Part shown: one piece after another, positions 52,045-64,000 of the stretch
Numbering within the stretch: position 1 is the first letter of the stretch
Layout: each line of letters starts with the position of its first letter
DNA from: Massalongia carnosa
Lineage: Eukaryota
Assembly (NCBI GenBank): GCA_965645245.1
Contig: OZ287068.1
Span: 1,612,001-1,676,000 of the forward strand
Reading direction: 5' to 3'
Length of the DNA: 64,000 bases
The notes under the pieces: generated by a model
What the model was told of the DNA's origin: nothing
The model's input: the letters and a program-made list of their open reading frames with translations, nothing else
The model's database searches: none
Made by a program: the position numbers and the translations under genes

Positions 52045-55000
52045 AAAATCGTCACGCTGTATATGGACAATATCGCCCGTGACCAAGCTCCATACCACGA
52101 TTTTCTCTCCTCGACCCATTCAGTCGAACTGCAAAAAGCCTGCCTGTCCCCGTTTTGCGCCGCGAGCGACTTGCTGATCAACGAGCGTTCTACATACCAC
52201 GGATACCCTCTTTGACGGCCGCACGATGGACCCGGGCCCCTCCGCTGCAGGCCCCGCTGTCGCAGATCCGGAGACGGCGGCGCCTCTTTCTTGGTCTCCT
52301 CCTGAGGCTTACGTTGATGTCGAGGCCGTCAAGCGTGAGTCTCAGGCCTATGCCACCCACGGCAACAACGAGGCCGCCATGGCCGCCACCATGAGGCGCG
52401 TCCGCGGGATGCGGGAGGAGGATCGGAGGGCCAACACCCTTAAGACGTACCGCAGGTGCTGGCATCTGTGGGAGGTGACTACGATAGGTATGCCCTGCAA
52501 CTTTGGGCCTACGCTAACATCCTACAGAAGTGGTGCCGACGTCGCAATTTTCTTGACGGCGTCCTTGTGTGGGAGCGGAAGATGCTCCTCTTCCTCGAAG
52601 AGGTCGTCCTCCGCCTGCGCTTCGTCCCACGTCCCAAGCTCACAGGCGCAGCAGCGCAGGCCAGGCGGCGGGATCAGGATCGCCAACGGCAGGCTAAGCG
52701 CCGCGCGTTGAAGAGGGGGAAGGGGAAGGCGATGGAGGCGGTGGAAGCCTCGCCAGCGGTAGAGGGAGAGGAGGTGGAGGAGGTGGAAAAATTCGAGGAA
52801 TTCTCCGACGGCGAGGAGCTCGTTGAGACGGTGAGTCGGCCCCTGAACTCGAATTCAGGGATAGAATCATCTTTTTGTAGCTTACTGACTCGTCTTGCAG
52901 CAAGCCGACGACCCTTTATCCCGGCCCCTGGCGCCCGATAGCGTGGAATCGGGCTACGTCTCTGCCCTCTGCGCCCTCTTCGATGGCCAGCATCTTGAAG
53001 AGAATTTGGTGGTGCCCCATCCCAGAGGGAAAGCCACCAAAGCCCTGATGACGCGCTTACGCATCGATTGGAGCGCTTTCAAACGGGCCTCGTTCGAGGA
53101 TCGCGCGATCCACGGCCTCACCGACGGCTACACGATTGAGCAGGCCGCTCAATTTTCGGCAATGCTTCTCGCCGGGGGCAAGGTTTTGGGGGAGGAGGGC
53201 GTGGCGGGCGGCGAGTGGCACCTCCTGCGGACTAGCCTCGACTTCCTCCTAATGCATTCGATGATGCTGCGGGGGGAGTCAACGCGGAGGGCTGAGCTAT
53301 CTGACCTCTGCGCCTACGACCTCCCTAACGAGGGGTCCGAATGCCTTGCGTTGATCCTTCGAATTGGCTAGGGCAAGGGCATTCCTCTGGCGGACGGGGG
53401 CAACTCGCGCCGCCAGCATTACTATGGTGCTTTGCGGAGCAGAGATGTCGTCCTTTGTCCTCTCGGCGCCCTCGCCCACTGGCTCGTCTTGTGCTAGGAC
53501 CTCCTCCTGGAGAAGCGGCCGGACTTCCGGGATCGATCTTCGTGGTATTTCACGAAGGAAGGTCATCTCCGGGAGCCTGGCGCGATCTAAGGAGGAGATC
53601 TCCGACAAAACACAGGCCCGATGGATCAAGCCGGCTTTGGATGCTGTCGGCGTCGACAGCTCCAAGACGGTCCACACCATGCGGCAGTCCTCGTCACGGC
53701 TGGCCGATATGTGGGAGGTCCCCGCGGACCAGGTAAGTACTCTACGATTCATGGCCCCTTATACTTACTAGCGTTACCCTTATATCAACTACTACAGATC
53801 ATGAGAGCAGGCGGATGGGAACGTGGCGTCTGGGCCACTAACTACCTCACTCGCCTGCCGCGTGTCTACATGCGTCGCGCCGCCGGCTTTGGCAACTCCC
53901 CCGGGAGTTACTTTTTGAGAAGAGGACACTCACCGGATCTGGCCCTGCAGCGGCAGGTGTGGCCTTGGGTGGATGACGCTCTGGCGGCGTACAAAGGCGG
54001 TCTTTTTCCTGATGCGGATAAGGCAGGGAAGAAGGTTCTGGAGATGTTGCTGCGGCTGCGTTGTGTCTTCCTGCAAGACGCGGCGCTTCTACAGCCTCAG
54101 TTTCCTGAACTTTCGCTCTGGAGACACCAAGTCTTCAGAGATCCCCTTTGGCCTGCGTTCGCGGCGAAGATACGGGAGTTGGAGGCTGTAGAAAAGGAAC
54201 CTTTGCACGTGGCCATCCACGGCGTGCTGCCTCTTGTTGCTGACTCCGTTGATGGCGTCAGTAACAAGGTCAGCGGTGTTGCAATTAAGCAAGATCGCAC
54301 GCTCAACGCTGTGGAGAGGTTGCTCTCCGGGCAGAGCCAGCTGACGACCACCTTGAGTGCGCTGCCGGCGGCAAATGCCCAGGAGATAGCTCGAGTCCTG
54401 GGTTCGCAGCTCTCACAATTGCAGGCCACGGTCTCGACGCTGCTTCGATCCTTTCTGACGGTTCCTGTGGAGGCTGTTCGGAGGGACTGGCTGCTGGACG
54501 AGGCTTCTTGGCGAGGGCAGGCGACTGCTCTTGCGACGGCGGCGCACTCCGTTGGTGAAGAGCCTGCTGCGTCGGCGTCCTCGTACGTCGACGCAGTCGC
54601 TTCTCTCCTTCCTACACCTTCTGTCGTCCTCACTTCCGTCCCCGGAGAGACGTCTACGGGCTCTGCGCCCTGTGGCTCCCTCCCCCAAGAGGGGCCGCCT
54701 CAACGTCCTCTTGGCTGCCCGGCGGAGCCCATTCTCGGCGGCGTGACCTCGGCGGAGGCGGTGTTGGAGGACTTCGCGTTGGGGACGTTGGTGGAGGGGG
54801 TCCAGCGTGCATCTCTCGACGAGTTGGACCGCCTCTTTGGGGCTAAGTGGAGGTACACTCCTGCCCTGAGGCAGCGGTTCTACGTCAAGAGACGGATCCG
54901 TCGGTACCTTCAGGGGAAGGCGAATGAGCAGGGGAGGGATCCGTGGGATATTGCGCGGGAAGTTGACAGTTTGGGGCTCTCTGGACATCAGATCTCTAAG

Positions 55001-55544
55001 CGTATTGACGCTGGAGAGGATCTGCTTCGTAGATAGGCCAATGGTACCTCTCTTTCTCTCTACGAGTACTAGTCATGGAGGCCTGTAACACCGTTTCTAC
55101 TAAGAAGCGATCACTCGTAATTTTCCTGTAGTACCTCCTTCTCGTTCCTGTGACTGGGTGGGACATCTTGTGACGAGGCGTGCAATTGCACCACGTATCG
55201 CGCCATCAGCGCTACGTTAATTCTACTCGGGGTAAGATGTTTCTTCTATTCAGAAGAAGCTCTTTTCAGCAAACCCAGTTTCAAAATTCTAGCAAAACCC
55301 CTTTGTGGTTCGATTGCGAAGCGCAAATGTCGACCTTCGCAACGACCAGGGCCAAGCAGGGCGTCAGTTTTGCACGGCGATCCTACACTTCACAGCACAT
55401 CAAATCAGACAATTCAGGCGCGGGTCTACTCGTTGAAGGATGCTTTATTTGACGGTTTAAATTGCTTCAAAAAAAATTTTTTCTCGCTGCGCGAGACTAC
55501 AACTTCAGGTTACTAAGGCTATTTGGCGTGACAAGAAAAAATCG
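52045..55544 (+). mobile_element. Crypton (CryptonF-type) tyrosine-recombinase element; spliced CDS 52226-55036 with stops and a frameshift
   Basis: MMLRGE, CPLGALA, KTVHTMR, AGGW...NYLTRLP catalytic motifs; C-terminal GCR1_C-like LDRLFGAKWR...RFYVKRRI; GC-rich; boundaries inferred from AAAATCG direct repeats. Confidence 0.85.
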
Positions 55545-55785
55545 CGGGATTTAGGATTTTAAACGCCACTAAGTGTCACGGGCGATAATTATGGCTTATC
55601 GGTAAAGTACTCATACATTCATCATCAAAGACGCGTCCATCGAGCGTCTCGTCGCGCACTCTACCTACCAAACCAAATCCTCCCCACTCACTCCATCATC
55701 TTTCTCTTTTTACTATTCCTCCCAAATCTCCTCCTCATCCTCCTCCTTAAACCAGACACACCCACATACATCCATCCATAACATC

Positions 55786-56816
55786 ATGATGTTACTAGCA
55801 GATTACTATCCCCTCCGCGCACTGAACCACCACTACTACCACCAACACACCTTTCCGGAGCAGCCGGCGGCCGCGACAAACCTCCCCCCCCACCCCTCCC
55901 CCCTCCCTCCCCCCCAACGGATACTACAACGACGACGACTACAATCTATACTCATGACCACCAGCACCACCGCTTCGGCCCCAATCTCTGGTTCGACGCG
56001 ATATTATCCCACCCCTCGGGGCCAAACGTCCGTTGCGTCTACTGCGTCGACTGCTGCTGCTATCCAGATTCAGCACCGTTCCCGAGGAGAGCGCGGATAT
56101 CCGATCGTTACTTCTGAATCGCAGCTGCAGCAGCGCAAGGCGCTCGATCGCGAACGGAGACGAGGGGACTACTTGGGGAAAGTGGAGCGAGCGCGGGAGG
56201 AGCAGATGTGGCGTTCGCGTGGTGATCAGGTTGGTTTTGTCCTATGTTTTTGGGGGGGGGGAGGGTTTAGGATTAGGGGTAGGGGTGGGGATGGGGTTAT
56301 TGTTGTTCATGAGGGAAAGAAACAAATACTCATGGCGTGCAACAGATTCTTCGCGAGGATTTTGTCGCACGGCGGAGGCGGTGGGAATCGCAAATGGCCG
56401 AATCAGCTCCCGACATCCCGATGGTATCCGAAGACGAAGAGGAGAGGGAGCATAATGATAAAATTAATAAGAACAGCCTGGGGGCTTATCGGAGAGAAGG
56501 TAACAAACCTGTTACACGATGTAATAAAGAATGCCCGCTAACATGAAATTCCGGCCTTGCAGAAGCTGAGATCATCGATGACATCTTGCTGCAGGAGAAC
56601 GAGGAAATTCACACCTTGCTCTCTGTACTGCACGAGTCGGGCCCCGAGGCCAGGCAATGGCAGGGACAGGTTCCGGAATATGGGAGCGATGACGAGGAGT
56701 ATGCTTCATTGTGCCTTGAGGCTGTTTCGGCGGTTGAGGCCAGGTGTGCATCACCGGCGGATCCTCTGGGAGCGGGTCTGGAATCGTGTCAAGATATGGA
56801 CATCTCGGTCGATTAG
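55786..56816 (+). CDS. Hypothetical protein (3 exons)
   Basis: RRRGDYLGKVERAREEQMWRSRGDQ|ILREDF...|AEIIDDILLQENEEI...YGSDDEEY joined by GT-AG introns (~56230-56345, ~56500-56562). Confidence 0.7.
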
Positions 56817-57005
56817 CAGGACTATGCTTTTCTTGTTGTCGCTTAAGAGAATCGCCTTTCATGTAAAACCATGGGCCTGTATGAAGAAGAAAATAGGAGT
56901 TTGAACTTTCGAGTCAACGCAATTGAACTGGTATAGGTACCCAAACTATGATTTCTGAAGCGTGGACACTTTCCATGGGCAGGAGAAGACATTCATAAAT
57001 GAGTG

Positions 57006-58128
57006 TCATTGCTGAGCGCAGCCTGGGTCCATGTCTCCCAAGGCTTCTTGCGTAGCATTCATATCTCCCACTAGGTCAGCAGGTGGGCTCCCGGCTGCTT
57101 GCATCTAATGGATATAATTAGCATACAGCCATGTTGCTCGTATGGGGATGACATGCCTGTTGCATTCGCTCCACAATGAACTCCCTATCGAAGGGGTTCG
57201 AATCCGAATACGCAACCTCATCGAATTTCGCCACGATTTCACCCACAAGCCTCTGCTGCTCTCGATATCTTTTCAAATCGTCACCGCTAGTGGTGCTTCC
57301 ATTCTTCTCCATCCACGCGGGAAATTTATCCGAGAGTTCCTTCATCGGCTCGTACAAGATGTCCCTATTCGTAAGCTCTTCCATCATGCCCATGAGCATC
57401 TTCGAGAAATCTTCCTCGGTTCTAGCCCCATCGCCGTTCCCGCCTTGCATGTCCTTGAGCAATTGGGCGAGGAGGTCGTCGGAATCGGCTGGTGCTGTCG
57501 CGTCCTGTTCTCCAGAGGCTTGCATCCTCTCCATTGTGTTACGGATGGTTTCCTGAAAGTGGTTTTCGGCGCTTTGAGAAGCTGACGCTGGAGCTGAAGC
57601 GACCTCTGCGGATTGCGCAGTTCCGTCTCCTCCTCCTCCTCCTCCTCCTCCTCCTCCTCCTCCTCCTCCTCCTCCTCCTCCTCCTCCTCCTCCTCCTCCT
57701 CCTCCTCCTCCTGTATCGGTTGCTGCTCCGAGCTCCTGCATCATAACCTCGATCTCTCGGCGCATTTCCGGCGACTCATCCACTTCGCCCATCAGGGCTG
57801 CCATCTGCTGTTGCAGTTGTTTGCTGAATTCCGCCTCGGCTTCATTCTGAGAATCGGAATCGTGGTGATTCTCAGGAAGTGAGCCTGGCTTGGATGGTTC
57901 TAGATTATCTTGAAGTTTGGTGGTGGAAAACTCATCGAGTAAGTCTGTGGTAATGATTAGCGATTACAGACATGAGGAGACATTGAAGCATGAGACCATG
58001 CCGTCGAGATCGTCGAGATCGTTCTCAACAGGGTCCGTGGCAGGATTGTGGTTTGGCTCCGCTATCGTTGGCTTTGCAGCTTCGTTTGGCACATGCTGTG
58101 TGCTCTGCTGGGTTGGCCTGTTTTCCAT
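57006..58128 (-). CDS. PEX19: Peroxin Pex19 (3 exons)
   Basis: N-terminal DDLD|DLLDEF, ILYEPMKEL..KFPAW, MQAAGSPPADLVG, C-terminal CaaX CAQQ*. Confidence 0.93.
57628..57711. repeat. Perfect (TCC/GGA)28 microsatellite encoding poly-Gly in Pex19
   Basis: Direct count of 28 units. Confidence 0.95.
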
Positions 58129-58679
58129 TTTCAACCGTGCATTTTTATCATTCTGAACACATAAACGTGGGTTTAATCGTTGGGAATATCCGCAAAACAC
58201 AGGTAACTTGGGTAAATAAACAATCACCGGCGGCCGTTTAACTATGTATAAGTTTCCAAGGGTGACACGGTCATTCGTAGGTCCTCTATACCCGTAGTAG
58301 TTACCCCACAACCCCACCATGCCACCATAAACTCGGAAAAGTACCCGACCGAAACGTTGCCCTGAATACGGAGCAGTGCTCTCAGACTACAATACTTTCG
58401 ATTGCCTAGCCTGTGTGGATAGCCGCAGACTGGGAAAGCACAACCAAACGGTAATTAAAAGCGGATAACAACAACTTTATAGCGTTGGTATATGGCTCTC
58501 CGCTGCACGCCATCAAGCATCAAATCTCCATAATCCATCATTCAAACACCTTCCACTCACACACTCGTCCTCACACTCCTAAAGTCAATAGTCCTTCATA
58601 TCTTCGGGCATCGTGAAGGCGCTGTCCTCAAGCTGAGCGTGAATCATTCAAGCGCATCATAAGTAGACCAACCATAAAA

Positions 58680-59330
58680 ATGTCACTCTGTCAGAATCGA
58701 CTTCAAGAGGAACGGTAAAGTGGATGATTCTCTTCTTTGTACGAGGTTAGGACTGATGCAGCGGCTCAAAACCAGAAAGCAATGGCGCCGGGATCATCCT
58801 TTTGGCTTCTTCGCCAAGCCCGCTCGGACACCCCAGGGGATTCTGGATCTGAAGAAATGGGAGTGCGGGATCCCAGGGAAGGACAAGACGTTGTGGGAGG
58901 GTGGCTTATTCAAGCTGGATGTCCTTTTTCCAGATGGTAAGCTAGAGAGAAGGGGGTAAACTCAAAGCGTCCCGAACTGACGCAAACACAACAGAGTATC
59001 CTACCAAACCGCCCAAGTGTAGGAACTATACGTCCAACTTGCGTACAGGGTCCTGACTAACAGTTCAAATGGTTAGGCAAATTTGTGCCTCCGCTATTCC
59101 ACCCCAATGTCTACCCGTCAGGAACGGTTTGCCTGTCCATCCTCAACGAAGAAGAAGGGTGGAAACCAGCCATCACGATTAAGCAAATTCTTCTGGGCAT
59201 ACAGGATTTGCTAAATGACCCTAATCCCGACTCACCGGCTCAAGCGGAAGCCTACAATCTGTTCAAGAAAGACCGTCCGGCATACGAGAAAAAAGTTAAG
59301 AATATTGTGCGCGAAAACCCCGCGCCATGA
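58680..59330 (+). CDS. UBC9: SUMO-conjugating enzyme E2 (4 exons)
   Basis: [23 protein letters not shown]...WEGGLFKL...[16 protein letters not shown]. Confidence 0.96.
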
Positions 59331-59917
59331 AGAAATCCCTAATGTCGAGCAATCCTAGGTAAGGAGAGACTGCTCACTTCTCGGTTTGGCCCGGATCTCG
59401 TCAGGCTCGGCATTGCGGGCCTTTACGATCATCGAGATCTAGCGTGATGTTAGGTCCCGGGACCGAAGTGGAGCATCTCAGTCAATGACTGGAATTTATT
59501 TGGGATTTTATTTGCTAAGGAAAGACCGATGGAAGGGTATGGACTTACATAGGGCTTACATAGGGCTTACATAGTTTAATAAACCCCTGAGACGGGGCAT
59601 TTTGCAGGAAGGACACGAGTATCATAGAAGTTATCCCATTTGACATAACTGATAGTTGCGTCCTTTCGTCGTTAGCTCTCTGCCTTTTACGCTCGTCTCC
59701 GGAACGGGTTGTGTCTTGGCATTTATCTGAATAACTTCTTTAGACCATATATCCTCCCATCTCATGCAAGTCTGCAATACAGTTTTCAACCTTGCTCTTA
59801 CCACCGGCTCCCATTAAAAGAATTCTTTCTGAACCGTGGAGCCTTGCCCTGGCTGGTTTTGTAGTGGAATGTTTTCCATTAAGCCTAACACCCCTTTTCA
59901 CCCGAACGTCTCACAAA

Positions 59918-60591
59918 CTAACCCAAACCCTTATATCCGTTAAGTTGTGCCCAAATGCGCCATAGGCTATGGAATGGAATAACCGTCGACAAAGACCTGT
60001 AGATAGCCTCCACTCCAAAGCTAAGCGCCGGATCTAGGGTATATACCCAGTCAAGGAATTTGCTTATCTCGGTGCACCCAGCCCTGACATCTTTCATATG
60101 AACTTGGAATGCTGCACAATAATCGATACCCGACGCAGTTAGCATGGAAGGAATGGTGTTGCCGCTTTTTGCAGGGCTGAAATGCGAGAGTACTTGAACC
60201 AATCTTAAGCGCCGGAAGTCTGATTCCAACTGTCCCGACTTTGAGGCTGTAAGCACAAAGGCGCTGGAGGTTTGTGCTGCTGTGAAGGGGCTCGATAAGA
60301 TCCATGAATGCAACAGAGCTCTCACCCTTTCATAATCCTTTAGTTAACACGTCTGTGAGGCGCGAGGTAAATGATTTGTATTGTATTCGAGAAGCGCTTA
60401 AGTTCCCGCAAGCCTCCTGCAACACCTTCGACGCTCCGGTTGGAGACTTCTGGCGCCCGCGTAATGGCGCCGCTATAGCATGCGACGAGAGACATAGTTA
60501 TACGGATATCAGGAGATTTTATACGACATGGTACAGAAATAATCGTATCGCCAACAGAAAGTTCGATGATTCCTTTTCGGGTTAACATCAC
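59918..60591 (-). other. Possible degenerate or hypothetical coding sequence
   Basis: Overlapping minus-strand ORFs with protein-like composition; no recognised motif. Confidence 0.25.
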
Positions 60592-61012
60592 ATGAAATCT
60601 ACCGGATTAGGCTTCTACTTCCTTTCCTTACCTAATCAACGAAAGATCGATATGACGCCTAGAGTTGAACACCGAAAGTCTTGATTTGCGCTAATGATAT
60701 GCAGCTGCATACGCATACAAAGTAGTACAATACGTTAATTCTATTCAGGCGTGTCAGGCTATTGCAGGTTCGGTGCACCTTAATGGAGCCCGTATGATAG
60801 GGAGCATATCACCTAAGCAACAGGTATGCTATGCCCTGAGCAGCTAATACACTAAAATTTAGTACACGGATAAAGATACATGACATTAGCGTCAATCAAG
60901 ACTGTTGGTGTTCACTTCCTACAGAGCAATAGGTATTTTAGCATTCGAAACAGGGAAAATTAGAATAGAAGGTTGCAACCTTCGATCATTTCCTCCTTAG
61001 CCTGTTCGCAAA

Positions 61013-63160
61013 ATGTGTGGCATATTTGCATGTCACTGGTAATTGAACATTATCATCCTCTCACGGTCTTGGGCACAATCTCTGACGTCCACCATAAAGC
61101 CATCCAGATGTGCAGAAATTTAAGCCGACTGCGTTGCGGATGGCTAAGGCGTATGTTTGATCTCCTGCTGTCTTTTATTTGCAGGTTTTAACTGGAAACA
61201 CTAGCGCTCGACATCGAGGTCCCGACTGGAGCAAGTAGTTTGAGCGTGTATGATGGAACGTGACGGTCTGACCCAAAATAGGTGGTAATTTTATTGGCAA
61301 CAAGACCAGTAAACATAATATTTTGTTAGTAGCAGCAAGAATCAACGCTGATTATAACTTAGTTCTTGCGCATGAGCGGCTGAGCGTGGTTGGAGTTGGT
61401 CAGGTCATTCCTCGTCTATGGTAGTTTGGAGCTGATCATGTATAGAAAGTGGTGCTCAACCTCTTGTGAGCGTAGACGGGTCATTAGCATTGGCGGTCAA
61501 TGGCGAGATTTACAATCATCGGGTGTTGCGCAAGCAACTCAAGCACCCCTATAGCTTCAAGACCCATTCCGACTGTGAAGTCATCATACCATTGGTATGA
61601 TTATACTATTTTATCTCATCCTGCGCTAATTCATGGTAGTATATAGAACATGGGATTGATGCTCCTAAGCTCCTTGATGGCATGTTCTCTTGGGTGCTAT
61701 ATGACCAAACCGCGGATCGCACAATTGCTGCCAGAGATCCAATCGGGATCACGAGCTTCTATCAAGGATGGTCGAGCGAAACTCCGGGCGCGGTATATTT
61801 TGCATCAGAGCTGAAATGCTTGCACCCAGTCTGTGATAAGATCATAACTTTTCCTCCTGGGCATATTTACGATTCCAGAACTGGTTTGACATCGCGTTAC
61901 TTCCAGCCATCATGGTGGGACCCCCATAATGTGCCTTCGGCCCCGATAGATTACAAAATGATCCGGACGTCTTTGGAGACTTCGGTCCGCAAACGATTGA
62001 TGGCGGAAGTTCCTTACGGTGTGCTCCTCTCCGGAGGCTTGGATTCAAGCTTGGTAGCTTCGATTGCGCAGAGGGAGATATCGAGGCTCCGCGCGTCTCC
62101 GAGCGGCCATGCCAGCACCAAAGGCAATCTTGAGCAACTCACCACCGAAGAACTTGTTGGTATCGATGCTAACGATGAACTATCGACCGCAACATGGCTT
62201 CCTCAGCTGCACACATTCTCCATTGGTCTTTCTAACGCACCAGATACGAAAGCTGCGCTGGAAGTAGCTAAATTTTTAGGCACAAAGCATTATGATTTTA
62301 ACTTCACTATCGAGGATGGTCTGAATGCTCTATCAGATGTCATATTTCATCTCGAGACTTATGACGTGACTACGATTCGTGCATCAACGCCCATGTTCCT
62401 TCTAAGCCGTAAAATCAAGGCACTCGGAGTAAAGATGGTTCTCAGCGGAGAAGGGAGTGATGAAATCTTTGGAGGGTATCTCTATTTTCATGCTGCTCCT
62501 GACAAAGAGTCTTTTCACGAAGAAACTGTGCGGCGCATTAAAAACCTGCATTTATCAGATTGTCTCCGGGCCAATAAGTCTACTGCCGCTTGGGGTGTGG
62601 AAGCTCGCGTTCCTTTTCTTGATAAGCAGGTCGGTTATTTATCTTTGGCTTTCCGACAAAATACTTATTGGAGCAGTTTCTAGAAACTGCTATGGGCATA
62701 GATCCGGGAGAAAAGCTTATCACAAAGGACCGGATTGAAAAGTACATACTTCGGAAGGCCTTCGACACAACGGACGAACCGGAAACAAAGCCATATCTCC
62801 CGGATAAGATTTTATGGCGGCAAAAGGAACAGTTTAGCGATGGCGTCGGGTATGGGTGGATTGACGCTTTGAAGGCAAACGCCGAGAGCAATGTGACCGA
62901 CGATCAGTTGAAGAACCCAAAAATCGCGTGGGGAAAAGACGTTCCGGATACGAAGGAGGCTTACTGGTATCGCAGTATGTTCGATGATCTCTTCCCGCTT
63001 CAATGTGCATCAACCGTGGTGCGATGGATCCCTACTTGGTCAGACCAGACTGATCCCAGCGGACGGTGAATCACTCTCTTCTATCTCTCGTGTAATATTA
63101 ACTGACGTATCTAGGGCAATACCAACGCACGTTGCTCAGTATGTTGAGAAGTCGCAATGA
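61013..63160 (+). CDS. ASN1: Glutamine-dependent asparagine synthetase (about 9 exons)
   Basis: [61 protein letters not shown]; yeast paralogs ASN1/ASN2 cannot be distinguished. Confidence 0.95.
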
Positions 63161-64000
63161 GCCCTGACTACTTGTCGGGTGAGCGTGGTCTAAATCGAGT
63201 CGCTACTTCCTTCAGAAGTCTTTGAGATATCATGGCTTTGGATTTAACTCTCACAAGTCAGACGCGCTTAATAACGGAAGACCAGGATTGGTGTCTTTTG
63301 GGTTAATCTCGTTCTTGGGAATAAACTCGTCATGTAAAATTTATTTTCTCGATTCGATGTAGCTCACTTCAAATCACAGAGGTTAACATGATTCCCGCTT
63401 GACATTATGCTCAAGTCATTTGCCTTGTCTCATGTATCTTATGATTGCTCCGCGTAATGCAAAACTGCATATTATTCAGGCACGCCTCGTTTCGTGCATA
63501 AAACACGATTTAGATAGAAAGAACGGAGCAAAATGTCCCTAAATTTGCCCACTCCATACTTCCATTTTCCTCCCCCACGTCCTCGTCAAAGATTAGAGTC
63601 GTTTTCACTTTCCCAGACAGTTCCGAAAAAGAAAAAAACCCCCGTCGCATCGAGCCAATGCAATTATAGCACGAGTCCCCCAGTACCATTCGGCCCAGAG
63701 CACTTTTGTCACCGACATAGAAACCATTGCGGAACCCTCCCTCCCCCAAATTGCCCTGTCATGAGCTTGGTTTCCTAATCATCGACAAACTACCGAATTG
63801 GCTTTAACTCGAGAAGGATATCGGTGCGGCTCAGCGCGAGGATCCGCACTGGAAGTTCCACGACGACGGGCTTGATTGATACCCCTAACACACACATTAC
63901 CATTACCAGTCTAGAAAAAACTCGGTATTTTCGATTTGGGGGGTTTTACGGCTAGGTTTTGCCCTTGACTTCGGACCTGGATAGGGGAGTCATCAAAGGG

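Noticed and set aside
53297..54988. Long antisense and alternate-frame ORFs over the Crypton, Gypsy and Ser/Thr-rich genes
   Set aside because: Shadow ORFs from high GC or low complexity; no motifs
52041..55036. Starship captain or host centromere gene NDC10
   Set aside because: Compact recombinase plus GCR1_C-like architecture with disabling lesions inside a TE island fits Crypton; no cargo or Starship-type boundary evident

Overview
Fungal (Pezizomycotina-type ascomycete) genomic DNA. About 1-41.2 kb is an almost gene-free stack of nested transposons whose insertion order can be read from target-site duplications (TSDs): Tad1-like LINEs of at least two families, Fot1/pogo and Tc1-type DNA transposons, two chromovirus-type Gypsy elements, a Mutator element, several solo LTRs and a piggyBac fragment. 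About 42.9-47.6 kb and 55.8-63.2 kb hold intron-containing host genes (DUF2408/Cub1-like, RPP1, a Ser/Thr-rich membrane protein, a hypothetical gene, PEX19, UBC9, asparagine synthetase). Between them is a second TE island (47.9-55.5 kb) with nested Tc1-like elements, a near-intact piggyBac-like element and a Crypton tyrosine-recombinase element. Main oddities: (i) four copies of a covarying T-loop-containing motif in a ~1.9 kb non-coding leader co-inserted with a full-length LINE; (ii) Tc1-type DD38E elements with CACG...CGTG ends, no TA target and one 5-bp TSD; (iii) a piggyBac-like element bounded by TA rather than TTAA; (iv) an antisense Cys6 accessory gene in a Gypsy 3' region; (v) four GC-AG introns in three host genes. 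All calls come from reading the sequence by eye; no searches were run.
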